Shown piece after piece: positions 14,001 to 27,238 of a stretch of DNA of 64,000 bases (position 1 is the first letter of the stretch; each line of letters begins with the position of its first letter). This stretch comes from Phoronis australis. Its lineage: Eukaryota; Animalia; Phoronida. The stretch spans positions 86,484 to 150,483 of the forward strand of contig NMRA01000183.1 in NCBI GenBank assembly GCA_002633005.1. The letters are read 5' to 3'. Position numbers and translations under genes: made by a program. Under the pieces are notes generated by a model that worked only from the letters and a program-made list of their open reading frames with translations, did not search any database and was not told the DNA's origin.

Positions 14001-17000
14001 NNNNNNNNNNNNNNNNNNNNNNNNNNNNNNNNNNNNNNNNNNNNNNNNNNNNNNNNNNNNNNNNNNNNNNNNNNNNNNNNNNNNNNNNNNNNNNNNNNNN
14101 NNNNNNNNNNNNNNNNNNNNNNNNNNNNNNNNNNNNNNNNNNNNNNNNNNNNNNNNNNNNNNNNNNNNNNNNNNNNNNNNNNNNNNNNNNNNNNNNNNNN
14201 NNNNNNNNNNNNNNNNNNNNNNNNNNNNNNNNNNNNNNNNNNNNNNNNNNNNNNNNNNNNNNNNNNNNNNNNNNNNNNNNNNNNNNNNNNNNNNNNNNNN
14301 NNNNNNNNNNNNNNNNNNNNNNNNNNNNNNNNNNNNNNNNNNNNNNNNNNNNNNNNNNNNNNNNNNNNNNNNNNNNNNNNNNNNNNNNNNNNNNNNNNNN
14401 NNNNNNNNNNNNNNNNNNNNNNNNNNNNNNNNNNNNNNNNNNNNNNNNNNNNNNNNNNNNNNNNNNNNNNNNNNNNNNNNNNNNNNNNNNNNNNNNNNNN
14501 NNNNNNNNNNNNNNNNNNNNNNNNNNNNNNNNNNNNNNNNNNNNNNNNNNNNNNNNNNNNNNNNNNNNNNNNNNNNNNNNNNNNNNNNNNNNNNNNNNNN
14601 NNNNNNNNNNNNNNNNNNNNNNNNNNNNNNNNNNNNNNNNNNNNNNNNNNNNNNNNNNNNNNNNNNNNNNNNNNNNNNNNNNNNNNNNNNNNNNNNNNNN
14701 NNNNNNNNNNNNNNNNNNNNNNNNNNCGCTTGCCTCCTAAAACGTCACTTCCGGAGTAGCGGACGAGTAATTAATAAAATTACGAAAAGCTGTAATTAAG
14801 TGGAAAATATGTCTAGGATAACCAACCCACCTTATTTTAGCTCAAAATGACATGGAAAAAGGTTGCCTTCGCCTTTAACAGTTTCCCCGTCACTATGACC
14901 GTCTATTTCGAGTACAAATTCCAGTTCGTTTTCACTATCTGAGTCCATGAACACTTCCTCAAGAAACTGGTCAACAGTCACCTTATCACGTTTGGCACCA
15001 GCCAAGATAAAACTTGCGTAAACTTTCAAATATCTCTGAAACAAATAATCACAGCCATATGTTGTAAATCAGAAAAATGTACAGGAAACTATGAACTGTG
15101 GAATGTGCATGCTCACATATATAAACAGCATACGGGGCTTTCACAGTTTCTGAATGAAAAAACACCAGTGTCCTGGGGTGAATACACTCTCCTTGCGCAG
15201 CCTAGCCATAGCTAATTAGAGGCGATTGAGTACACCCGATGCATTTTAATAGGATAATACGCTTGTCGGCTGACCTCGCCTAGCGCAGGATAAGGGTTAA
15301 AATTGAAAATTGAAAATTTTGGGGGTGGGCGGTAAGTCAAGCATGGGCGGTAACCCGGACTTGTTCGGTATACAGTAACTGTCACTTCATTAAACAGAGT
15401 CTCAAGGATGGATATGGCAAGAAATGATTCCATAGCCGCATCTCTAAATTCTTGCTGCTTTCCTCTAAACTGCAATCCCAGTCCAGCTGAAACTCAACCT
15501 GTGATACATATCCGGTTTCCCTGAATTGCACACGCATGCCCAAAATGCTTCGTACACTGTAACCAAAGTCGAGTGTAGAGGACCAGATTCTTACAGACTT
15601 TGTTGTTTTATACCTATATACGAAACAATAAGGCCCATTCACGTTTGCAAATTTTGCTTATGGTGAGTATTTTGTTTCACTTGTGAACAAAAACACAGGC
15701 ATGCACAGAAGTTAGTCATCACTGCCTTCTTTTTTTACAATTCGAAAGATTATTTTAAATTTTGAAAAAAGAGTGACCTGTTTGTCATAAGACAATATAT
15801 CGAATACAACTGTCCTTTGTTTAGCGTAGATGTTCAAATAGCATTGTCGTTTAGTTCTTGCTATACATTAGCAGGGATTTACCTTACCAACTTTAAACTT
15901 TTGCCCTTTGGACACCTCATGATAAAAGTGTGCTTTTTTCAAAAAGTTGTGCCCGGCAGATTTAGTGTAATTAAGTGGTAACATATGAAACAGAAACCCC
16001 ATGTTCATGTAAAAGTTGCATTTTTACTTATAGTTCCCTACAGAAGGGCAATCTGATTGTTCAGCTGTGGCGTAATAAGAACACAGTCATGTTATGTAAA
16101 ATCTGACCTGCCAAATGGAAAAGCATGCAATCTGACAAAGACTTTAATTTTGATCAAAAACGACTCTGTTCTTCCTAAAATCTTGCATTGTTGGAAGAGT
16201 GTTACATTTTAAAAGATGTGCCCGGGGAACACACTGCTGCAATGTACTTGCATCTTTTTATATTTACGCGTTATTGGTGCAAACCGTGCTCTAGGAATAT
16301 CCCTGCATCGGCATAGCTAGGAGCATGCAAACACATCTTTAATCATTATGTATTTCAGGCTCTTGAGGTCAAGAAAAATATTCGAAAATTCTTTGGATTT
16401 ACTTTTGAGAAAGATTCACCAGAGTATGAGAAGAAGAGAGCACAAGTTGCAAAGTGAGTTTACGTCTGCTTCGGAGATTTTTGTATTTAAAGGGACATTA
16501 TCAGTCTTACGGCTGAAAAACGGGGATTATTATTGGATGGAATTGATTTCTTGAAGTTATTAGCTTGATGAGAGCTACGAGACAACAAAAATTTGTGTTT
16601 TCATGATTTTATTCAGATTGCCAATTCTCACAGTTGTCTGTCAGCAGGGCCTCATCTAGCGGCCTTCCTTGGGACGGCCCTTTTAAAAAAATGACGGCTT
16701 TTGATGGCATGGCCAAGACGGAAAAAAGACGGCCTGTTCCAAGACAGCCTCAGCGAAAATGAAGGCTAAACGAAGAATTTTAACATTTATTATTCATAGA
16801 TTTTATTGAAACCTACAATTCATTGTTTAAGTTTGTTAAATATTAAGAAACAACTCGACATTACAAACTTTAGCATCTATTTTTACTATAAATGTCCTAA
16901 TGACGATCGGCAAATACTGGCAGCCATCTTTGGGGAATACCTTCCTGTTCTGTGACGTCAAGGTGACTTCATACGGAATCCCCCGCACAACTAGTGTCGA

Positions 17001-20000
17001 GAAATATTGCATCCAGCACTAACTACCCGTACATGGACACTTAATCTTTGAAATTGAAGAACCCACACACCCGAAGTTCAAAGGATTTGCCGTACCCTTA
17101 ATGCTACTTGCCGACGCGGAAGTTGAAGCGGCACTCGATGTATTCCACGGAGCAGCCAATTTAAAATAGCTGCAGAACTTACACTTCGAAAAAAATGATA
17201 CCCGCCGAAATTCTAGCACTGACCTGCCGTTCAAATGCCATCAGTGTCGTTGAACATGCAAACCAGATAAAACTTAGCGCAAACTTCCTTAGTTTGTTTG
17301 CATAGTTCCGTTGCTACTCGAACGAATGAATGAAAAAATATCAAAAAATCCGCACGGCCGAACGACTTGTATTGATGCGTGAGAATGCAGTGCAAACTTT
17401 ACGAGAAAAAATGTGTGTAATGTTGGTTACGTATTCAATTACTAACTTGGCATGAAAGTAAATGCCTCGAAATAGTACAACTTTTTGTGGAATTCCATGA
17501 TTATTGGGCGATTCGACTTTATCCTCTGTGTGTGGCACTACATGCCATATATGGAAAAAGTAGGTCAGCCAGTCACGTGTACAGCACCTGTTACATCGGC
17601 CGCGAACCAGGCTGGGGAATTTGACTCTTAAACTGCGAGAAAAGAATGGTTCTTTTTAAAAATAAATTTCTTAGTGTACTATGAAGGAATGTGATTGACT
17701 TTCGACCTGGTAAGTTTCAATTCAACAAAGCGTCCTCGTATAATGCACTGTAGAAGACGTTAACAACTACGATGTCCCCAGCGACCACTGGCGACGCTTG
17801 TAGCCAAACGACGTGAAATTCACGAGTAAAGCGCTCAGAAAAACGTTAAGAATCATAAAGATATGAATGCCAAATTCAAACGCGGAGTTTCGACGTTTTT
17901 TTTTGTCAAAATCCTTTTCTAAGCCAAGTCTTGGTATACACGTGCGAGTGCACATACGCCGTCACTCCTATTTTCCAGCAGAGATTTTCGCCCGTGTTGA
18001 GCACTGGTGGTACTGGGTTGTGAATTTGTTGAGGATGTGGTCTTCTTTTTGTAGACTCGTGAATTGCAGTACTGTGCGATGTAATGAAACATAGACATGT
18101 CCTCTAGGAACATATTTCTTCATGTCCTTTCGAATGCAACTTCATTGTCTTCTCATAATTTTAAATGGTTTCTCAACTGCATTAAAGTAGTACACTTCTC
18201 TTTTGAGAGCTTCAAGAGACATTGAGTCCTGTACTCATGCCGCGGATTATCTGTCTAACATGCAACTCTACTCAGATTGTACTAAAAAGATTTACAGATC
18301 TTGATTTTTGCAGTCTAGTGACAATACACACATCCTGAATGGAACAAACCTCCTAATTTTTGTTTAATTTCCCTCTGTGCCGTCCTTTGAACAAGAAAAA
18401 ACATGCAAATAAGATGCGCTTTGCACGACTCGTCAGTCCCACGAATTTGGACCCCCAATTTTCAAATCCTAGATGAGTCCCTGTCTGTCAGTCATTCGTG
18501 CAAATCAAGGCCGGTGTCTTTACCATTTAAATACTCTTAAAAATGCTACTTAATGCTTGGAATTTTCCTCTTTAAGAGGATTTCCTCTATTTGGCTTCAG
18601 TTTCCTCTTGTTTGATTTCCAGTTAACTCTTTTTGCATTTTTTTTATCATTATTTTGACATTATGCATGCAAAAATATCTATTTCAGTTAAACACAAAAA
18701 TTATTCCTATCACCCAAGCCCTTGAATTTTTGGAATGATACATCACCTGGAAAGTTTCCTTTTTTGGTCATTGGTCATTCCAAGCCTTGATAATGGATCG
18801 GAGTTTGCTCAACAGTGGAGTGCTGTACTGGGGAGCTATTGGGTTAGATTCTGTTGTACAGCTAATTTCTAATTGAAAATATCCTTTAATGAATGAGTGT
18901 CAAGACCATCATTTGACCCGTTTTCACTTTGCACTTAATGTCAATCTAAAAGTCATTCAACTGAGCATGTTGTGAGGCACTATAATCAAAACATTTGATG
19001 ACCTGTTTTCACTTTGCACTTAATGTCAATCTAAAAGTCATTCAACTGAGCATGTTGTGAGGCACTATAATCAAAACATTTGATGACCGGTTTTCACTTT
19101 GCACTTAATGTCAATATAAAAGTCATTCAACTGAGCATGTTGTGAGGCACTATAATCAAAACATTTGATGACCCGTTTTCACTTTGCACTTAATGTCAAT
19201 CTAAAAGTCATTCAACTGAGCATGTTGTGAGGCACTATAATCAAAACATTTGATGACCGGTTTTCACTTTGCACTTAATGTCAATATAAAAGTCATTCAA
19301 CTGAGCATGTTGTGAGGCACTATAATCAAAACATTTGATGACCCGTTTTCACTTTGCACTTAATGTCAATCTAAAAGTCATTCAACTGAGCATGTTGTGA
19401 GGCACTATAATCAAAACATTTGATGACCCGTTTTCACTTTGCACTTAATGTCAATCTAAAAGTCATTCAACTGAGCATGTTGTGAGGCATTATAATCAAA
19501 ACATTTGAATTAGCACGTCGTCTGATGCTGTCTGTGCTGTGTTTACGTACTCATTGACAACTGTATTTTGCTTCATCTTCATTTCATCTGCTCTGTGATT
19601 GACCACGTCCGTATGATGTTGAAACAGCGCTAATTAAACAGTGTCTCATCCCACTTGTTACAGGCTGTTCACTGCACCCTTAAAAGATGTGTGTACTATA
19701 TTGGACATTCACCGGGGTGGAACCAAGGATGAAGTGATCAACAGAATTATGGACTTCCTATTGAAACCTGAGGACAGTGGACGGGCACTACCCAAGTCCA
19801 AGAGGAGTAAGTTATCTTACCGTAATCGTTCGGGTTAACGCCCATGCTCAGTTAACCGCCCATCCCCGACTTTAAGTGGATTTTCGATTTAGCCGCCCAC
19901 TGCTCGGTTAAGCGCCCCGCCTGCGATTTTTGAAGATTTCCAGTTAAGCGCCCACCTCTCGGTTAAGCGCCCATCCCCGATTTTTAAAGAATGAAGATTT

Positions 20001-23000
20001 AGCGCCTCGTGCTAAGGAAACGCGCAATTCCCCGACTTTTAGAAAAAGATCGATGATCGCAATGAGTGCAACGACGCCGTGACTCCGAGACGGTGGTTTA
20101 GCAATCTGAATTACAATACAGGTAACGAGTTATTGTCTTGGGTCATGAACTCACGTCAAAAATATAATACTTGAACCTTTTTGTCACTTTATTTTCTTCC
20201 CTTGTTTGCAAAGTTTAAGAACGCCGCCGGCGTCAAAACCTCCGCTTTCAGCGGCTTTGTCTGCCACGCTGAGTTTCCGTCTGCAGTGCACTAGATAAAG
20301 CATATATTCGAAAAAATCAGGCCAGAGAAATGTGACAATGGTTTTGCCAACCCTCCAAATTCTATTAAGGTGGGAAGCTCTCGTATTTTGAACAAATCTC
20401 ACAACTCACGGAAAGATGTCAAATTCTCAATATTTTGATGAATATAACTGCCGGGTTATAGAGGATGTGGGGCGACCGAAGGGACAGTACAAGTGCCTTA
20501 CTGGGTTACCGATTTCGTTGCTGCCTGTCGATTTCTGAATTCAAACGTTGGCAATAATGTATGTTTGTGTATGATCTTGAAGTAATAAAAAACGGCTAGT
20601 CAAATTTTGTTTTTCGCTTATTGCATCTCAGTCAAACTGGTTAGCAGATTTAACTAATGTTACTGGCTGTTTTACTATTCTTGCGTCAGCCTGCACGTGA
20701 GCATGACTGTGTGAATTATTGTTTCCATATCCCCTTTTTAGCCATCCAGAATAATTTTGTTAATACATTGGCCATTTTCAGCCTGAACAAAAATTCTTAC
20801 CATTCGAGTCTGAAATATCTACAACGAAAACTGCTTGACGATAGTGGGTAGGAGATTCACACAGCTATTTACAGGCATGGGCTAAGGGAGCTTCGAGCCG
20901 GGAAATATGGCAACAGACTTGACATCGCAGTTTTGGGGAACATTGGCAATGGATGAATATCGTAAAGAACTGGGTCTTTCGTAACAACAGCATAAGCACA
21001 TAGTCACGCCCGTTTTTGTTAGTTCGGACTGTCCCTATGTGTGACTGATTTGTAGTGGTGCACGTGCGCAAGTTCCCAGACTTTGGAGTGCATGTTACCT
21101 TGACACCAACATGTGATTGATAGGTGACTCACACGTAGGCCCTGCGAGCGTGCTGAATACCACCACTATGTTTGGCCATAAAAAACGAGATGCATATTGA
21201 AAGAGGCCGTTATATTACTTGGCGGCATTTCCAAGTCACGATTGTCAGCCAACTGAGACATTGCGCGATGACAGCGGGACCAATCAGTGCCGCAGTGCGA
21301 TATTACAAGTGATATAATAGGATAATCTGGACATCTTGCATGAAAAATAAATGTTTTTCCACCACAATGTTTGGTAAGGTGATCGTTTAGAATAATGAAT
21401 TGAAACATTGCTGTTTTCTGACATTTTGTAACATATTTATACAGTCGCTTGAAATTTTATTTTTGATCGACGACTGGCTTGACCACCCCCGATCCTTGTC
21501 TTACTTCTTTGCATAGCATGTTTAGCGCAACGGCAAGAGAGCAATGGCGGGCTGTTGAGATAAGACAGCCAGCCACAGAACCATACGCTGAAAATGTCAT
21601 TGAGTCACGGAGTGTCGGCTATAACATCCCAAACACAAAAAAACAACAGAGTTAAGTTTTTCAAACTTTTATTACAACCAATTTTAAAACTGCTCTCTGA
21701 GTCGGAACTTGACAGCTACATATAGTACGAGACTGTAACCATAAGTTTGATGTCTGACCTCTGCAACACGTGAAGCTTGCACGCGCGCACTTAAGCAGGG
21801 TCACATCTTGAAACAGTTTTAATTCTAGTGGAGGCTGCGTGGTCACTGGTCGTCTGCGCACCGCAGGACGGCACAGGGCTATTACTCAGCAATTTTGTAA
21901 ATTTAATAGTGAATGACTAATCTGAGGGCAAGAGAACCTTTGTTGGGATCATCCGCTGTTATGATGTTTTCACAGTCATTTGGCGACGTGACGATAAAGC
22001 TCTTTGAAAAGGGCTACGCATTCCGAGTATGATTGTCGTGTCGGGATTTATATCGCCAGGTAAGATTAACCGCCCAGGGCGGTTGTCTGTCGTAATAAGT
22101 GCCCATGTTCGGTTAACCGCCCATCCCCTACTTTAGGTGGATTTTCGATTTAACCGCCCACTGCTCGGTTAACCGCCCTCCCCCGATTTTTTGGATTCGC
22201 CAATTTAACCGCCCAGGGCGTTAACCCAAACGATTACGGTATTATATGGACTCAATTCTATGTTCTGCGTGATGCATTGTTTTCTACAGATGCAAAATCA
22301 CCATTTTATGTTAGGTTATAAATGCCTATTCTGGGGCTGCCAACTGTTGCTACTGCCGTATGTAATCCTGTGAAAATGGTTTGATAAACATGTGTAGCAA
22401 TGGACTCAATATTTCTTGTGTCAAACTTCAAAAAAACAGTATGCATTGTTGCTGACTAAGTAACAATTCTGATCAATAACAAACCATTGTACATAACTTT
22501 GCAATTTTTTTCATCATTTGGTCGGGTTGCTGAGAGCCAATTTTCGAAGGTCATAACATCGTATTTAGACTGCGCAAACTCCTGCACGTCTTCAAACTTC
22601 ATCTGAGCACCGTATCTTTTGTCCGGCTCCTCTGTTAAAACAAAATCAAATCTTGGCAAACTTTCTTCCCTGAATTTATTAGCCATTTTGACAGAGCATC
22701 CAACATATATTCCTGTATTTTTGTTGTAATTAGTGTTGACCTGATGACCTATGACGTCTTTTTTGGAAAATTGCTTGCTACATTGGCTTGCCTCATTGTG
22801 ATCATACATGATAATCAGCCTGTAGTACTCATATACAGGGTGTGATCATACATGATAATCAGCCTGTAGTACTCATATACAGGGTGTGATCATACATGAT
22901 AATCAGCCTGTAGTACTCATATACAGGGTGTGATCATACATAATAATCAGCCGGTAGTACTCAGATACAGGGTGTGATCATACATGATAATCAGCCTGTA

Positions 23001-26000
23001 GTACTCATATACAGGGTGTGATCATACATGATAATCAGCTGGTAGTACTCATATACAGGGTGTGATCATACATGATAATCTGCGGGTAGTATCCATCTTG
23101 TCAGTCAGCTGTTTGTTGAATGACATTTAGCGCATGTACGCATTTATCATAAGTGAGAGGGAGATAAGAAATTCTGTGGTGACTACAGAGTTTTTCCTTC
23201 GCATTTTTTTCTAAAATCATGAATTTTGGGATTTTTTTTCTGGAAATTCCCTCACAGGGGAAGTGAATAACCCTTGCGACATGGTAATTTCGTCAGGAAT
23301 AGTTTAAAAGATGTTCTTGACGAGCTTTAGCGTTCCGTGCCTCTTTAAAATCTATTTTGTAAATGGTAGTCTAGATATGAGCAAAATTACATATTTGATT
23401 TCGATATTTTTTGTGTTAGAACCCAAAACAGAAAGCAAGAAGCGTAAGAGGAAATCAAAGAGCTCGTCGTCAGCCAATGTAAGCGCATCTCCTGATGGGA
23501 GTGATGGGGAAGATGAGGCAGAAGATGTTGATGGTGATGATGAAGATGAAGGGGGTATTGATAATGAACACGAGGCCAAGAGCAGTGATAGTGACGGTGA
23601 AGAAGCTGAAGTGGAGGAGGTGAGACGACCTTTGCTCTTTGCACTATAACCTCAGGTTTGTGCCCAGTGTCAGTGAGCATGATGGGTAACATAATATGTG
23701 CTTATATTGAGATGGGTCAACACTTTTGTATATGTCGAATAAAATGTGTGGTTTTTCAAGGTATCTTGTTTTTGCGCCTAGTATCTAGCNAATAAACAAC
23801 CCTAGAAGGATACCGTATGCGGTGCAATTGTGGGCGCATTTCAACGCTCCACGTTGCTCTTGTTATTATTTAGCCTCAACCAAAAAAGCAGAAAGTTGAA
23901 ACTCCCAAACGAGGAAGGCCAAAGAAGGATCAGTCGGCGAAAAAGGCCAAGGTTGCGAAGAAAGAGAAAAAGGAGAAAAAATCTGTGCCTCCAAAGAAAA
24001 GAAAAGGTTAGTACCTTCAGTTATTTATTACTTATGAATTAGCAACTCGTAATCCCAAAAATTCTGAATGAACAGTCATGTCTCTGTTGCCTTAGCGGGG
24101 TCCCTAATGGTCTTGTGCTGTGTTGCCTTGCAGTGAGTGTGAGTGAAGATAGTGACTCAGATGATGAACCGTTAGTGAAGAAAAAGTCTCCTCCTACAGT
24201 GAGTAGCAACATTTGTTTAGTTGTGTCATCCAAGTAGAGAGAGCTAAGTATCAGATTTTTCTCTCTTATTTGCTTCATTTCGTTTTATTTCACTTGAGTA
24301 TGGACAATTTATCTCTCGATTGAAAAAAAAAATTGACATATGTTTGGATTTTCATTCAAACTGTTTTTTATCAATAACTTATCCCTTTTGGGGAAAAAAT
24401 TTGTTTTTTCCTCTGCTAATAAATGTACGTAACTGTTGTTTTGTTTACAAATTTGGCGAAATTAACTTCCGCTGGCCCTCTTCCTCAATGGAAACTGGAA
24501 CGCTCAATACTCAGTTTTTAAGTTAGTGTATAAAGAATGCTCAATATTCAGTCTAAGTTTAACCTTTTGTTGAGTAGTCCTACATCTAAAGTATTCCTTT
24601 CGTTGTCTTGCACAAAAATAACAGCCAAAACAGTTATTCTACAAGGATCAGTACAAATGATAAAAAAATTTACTGTTACTTTTTATAGTAGACTGCCGAA
24701 AATTGTCTGTGTTTTTGTTGATAAATTTGTCCGCCACATTGTGTTCTAAAGAATTAAGTTGTGTTGACCTTGACCTACCATCATTGTTGTTATTGTATAG
24801 GATGATGACTTGAGGGATGTGGTGAAGAAAATATTGGACGGCGCCAACCTCGAGGAGGTCACAATGAAGACTGTCCTTAAAAAGGTCTATGATAAATTCC
24901 CCGAGTACGACCTGGCAGACAGGAAAGACTTCATCAAAACAACAGTGAAAGAGGTGAGCTGACTTAACCATTTAAGTATGCGGGTAATGTTATGGTAGGC
25001 TTAGTCACGCCCTCTTATGGTCATGCAGAAAACTAATGCTTGGGTGATCAACACACACAGAGTAAACCTGCTGTAACAGGTAGTATGAATGTAGTCCAGA
25101 GAATGTGTCAATGAACGAGCAGCACTCAGCAAGATCAGTGCTGTAACCAATCTCTCTGTTCATAGAATACTACACTGTATTGTCAGTGTGATTATCAACA
25201 GGTTGGTATGAGTGGTGCAATTAGATCTGTATCACAGTAATCCTCAACTAAAGCAGCTGCATAATTTTGGAATTCACGAGTGCCAGATATTTTTCTGAAA
25301 TTCAGAACTTTTGTTGGGTTCAAAAGTCAAAGTTTAGTGGAAGCCAGTGGTAATTCAGAACAGTGTGTTGGTACATACCAGTCACACTAACGTATTTGCG
25401 ATGATGGGAGATTTTTCATATAGTGAATCCCAGTTTGCTAAGTGCAGGATGGCCATTCCAGTTGAAAGACAGTGTGTGCTGCAACGCGATGTCGTAAGCT
25501 TCCTGAATCTTGTAATAACACCTGCGCCACTCTCTGATATTGTGTCACGGTTTAATATCACGTCAGGAAACTGATAGTATGTATTGGTTTGAGACTAAAC
25601 TGTCTAGGAAATACACAAATAAGGTAACCTGATGGAAGCGATCAGGAAGTCTAGTAGTTCAAGGAATTCTAATGTTGTTGTAAATTTAAATTAAGTAGGT
25701 TTCTCCTCACATGACACTATATGTGTGTTACTTAAAACATTTGTTCAATTATTGAATGGTCTGTTTATCATGAAGATTTTGTATAGTTTGTCATAAGGTG
25801 TAATGGTTACTATAGCAACTTGAATGGTGTGCAAACAAGCTGGTGAATGGTGTTCAAGATGCTTTGTCTGAAGTGCAGCAAAACAAATATCACACAGCTT
25901 CATAGGAAAACTTCAAAACGTTATATCAAATTCAAGTTGTCTTAAGTCCAAAATTCTAAGTCAAATAGATAACCTGCACATATACATGGTTGCAGCCATG

Positions 26001-26410
26001 ACAAAGGCATGTAAGTAAACATCGGTGCTTTTAACAGCCAAAAAAGAAATGTACAGCACCACCTATAAATCAGGTGTTAAACTTCGCATACGAAGACTTG
26101 GTCAAACTGTGTGGATGACTCTTAAGCCACTAAATGTATGCGGGTAATTATCTGCACTTGGTGATGTGACAAACACAATACTAAAACAATAAATGAGAGA
26201 AACGGTTATATTTGCCATCTGAGAAAGGATTTTTGCAAAATTGAGAGCCTCCAGCAATAAAAAGAAGTGTTTTGGTGACCAACATGGCCATAGAAGTGAG
26301 GGTAGGACAAGGGGAAACTAACAAATATCTAAAAGACGGCTTAGTCATTCATCAAATAACTATAATCATGTGATTGCGAACACTGAATTGTTTTCCAGAT
26401 CATATCCTGA
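8058..26410 (+). CDS. DEK: Protein DEK (chromatin architectural protein), 3' nine coding exons; 5' exon(s) not found in the window
   Basis: Exons with GT-AG borders and consistent phases: 8058-8210, 11813-11889, 16359-16453, 19664-19806, 23420-23619, 23874-24006, 24134-24198, 24801-24953, 26399-26410 (TGA). The spliced peptide GKRERKKTER...IPEGRGIKLGDCPR/IEHMLGKTKSADCKTLHKILFSRAGT/ALEVKKNIRKFFGFTFEKDSPEYEKK/LKDVCTILDIHRGGTKDEVINRIMDFLLKP (SAP)...SDSDDEPLVKKKSPPT/DDDLRDVVKKILDGANLEEVTMKTVLKKVYDKFPEYDLADRKDFIKTTVKE/IIS* follows vertebrate DEK motif by motif, including DEK_C. Confidence 0.95.
10650..11470. mobile_element. MITE with ~35-bp TIRs (PIF/Harbinger- or ISL2EU-like)
   Basis: AGGCTGTTGCAGCAAAATCTGTATGGGAGGGGGGG vs reverse complement of right end AGGGCTGTTCCAGTAAAATCCGTGTGGGAAGGGGG; TTAA/TAA context at both ends. 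Confidence 0.75.
13618..14874. mobile_element. Kolobok-like MITE with ~150-bp near-perfect TIRs spanning the assembly gap
   Basis: 13618-13764 is the reverse complement of 14728-14874. AGG...CCT ends, flanked by TGAA (left) and TTAA (right). Confidence 0.7.
13826..14726. other. Assembly gap (901 N)
   Basis: Run of N. Confidence 1.
16645..18483. mobile_element. Non-autonomous hAT element
   Basis: TIR CAGGGCCTCATCTAG / CAGGGACTCATCTAG (14/15), perfect 8-bp TSD TCTGTCAG (16637-16644, 18484-18491). Confidence 0.9.
18556..18789. mobile_element. ~240-bp MITE, copy 2
   Basis: GCTTGGAAT...ATTCCAAGC inverted ends; homologous to 6697-6940. Confidence 0.6.
18911..19507 (+). repeat. Minisatellite, 85-bp unit x7
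   Basis: GTTTTCACTTTGCACTTAATG... starts at 18920, 19005, 19090, 19175, 19260, 19345, 19430; copies nearly identical. Confidence 0.97.
19820..22239. mobile_element. Non-autonomous Tc1/mariner (pogo-like) element, 2.4 kb
   Basis: TA|CCGTAATCGTT(C/T)GGGTTAACGCCC TIRs with one mismatch, TA TSD, many TTAACCGCCCA subterminal repeats at both ends. Confidence 0.9.
22797..23090 (+). repeat. Minisatellite, 44-bp unit x~6.6
   Basis: Unit TGTGATCATACATGATAATCAGCCTGTAGTACTCATATACAGGG. Confidence 0.95.
23791..23864 (+). mobile_element. 3' terminus of the HINE element in a DEK intron, next to a single N
   Basis: GTGGGCGCATTTCAACGCTCCACGTTGCTCTTGTT matches 6145-6180. Confidence 0.7.
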
Positions 26411-27238
26411 TCATCAGAAGTGTGATGAAGACCATCCAGTGTAGAATGGAACAGTGGATCTTTGCAAGATTTTAACGTCATCCAACACGAGCGTATCTTA
26501 ATTGAGCCCCATGTTCATCAACTTGCCACAGTACCAGAGTTTTGGATTGTAGCAGTGTTGTCTGTTGTCTCTGTACTCACTGCTCGGTGAGGTTACCATG
26601 GCGATCATGGTTGACGTTGGGAGAATTGAAGGACGCAAATAATCATGTTTTTGTGAGAATAGAGTCTTGTCTTTTCATAAAGTAAAGGTTAGTAGAATGA
26701 AGTGCCCATAGCACAGTTTTTCAGTTGCAAACGTCTACAAGCTTTTTGAAATCATGGGCTTACAATGCAATACTTATTGAGGGGTTATTAGTGGATAGAA
26801 TTGATAGTGTTCGGTCAACTGTAAAAAACCACACTCGCACGTCAGATTCACCCGGAAGTAGATCTGTTGTACTGTGAAACTTTGTCCAAGATCAGACTTA
26901 TGCACGTCCGTCTTATGTGAACTTTACTGTAGCATTCTTTCATTTGCCCCGTGCAATTCTTGTGTGCATTTTCTGCACTGAACATGTTTATTTTATTTGA
27001 ACTTCTCAAGAGGTCACTTTCACTCATGGTGTCCACGTTATCACAGTCAATTCAATTTCTGGAGTGTGTGTCATGACAGGTGACTTAAAAAATAATTATT
27101 TAGTCGGAAATTTTGTCTCTTTCAAAAGAACGAAGTCTCTGAAAATACACCCATAGTTATTAACTGCTGAGATGCATTATTTGTTGGTCCAAGATGTTCT
27201 TATGGTTAAACTTTGTTCATTAATTATGAAGTGGGGAG

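Larger units (their letters stand above)
12872..15296 (-). mobile_element. Internally deleted piggyBac-like element
   Basis: TTAA TSDs (12868-12871, 15297-15300), CCC(A/T)TATCCTGC TIRs. Minus-strand remnants of an acidic N-terminus (VDQFLEEVFMDSDSENE) and of a C-terminal PCFKFLYT-like motif. Confidence 0.75.
12356..15368. mobile_element. Non-autonomous Tc1/mariner (pogo-like) element, outer layer of a nest
   Basis: TA|CCGTACTCGTCCGGGTTACCGCCCA and TA|CCGAACAAGTCCGGGTTACCGCCCA (22/25) with TA TSD. Confidence 0.8.

Noticed and set aside
13799-14759. 313-aa and 312-aa ORFs
   Set aside because: Artefacts of translating the N gap.
18911-19507. Regular repeats as a possible CRISPR array (also 22797-23090)
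   Set aside because: Head-to-tail identical units with no unique spacers, in eukaryotic introns, with no cas genes.
23352-24971. Minus-strand ORFs over DEK exons (likewise over hillarin-like and methyltransferase exons)
   Set aside because: Antisense shadows of real coding exons.
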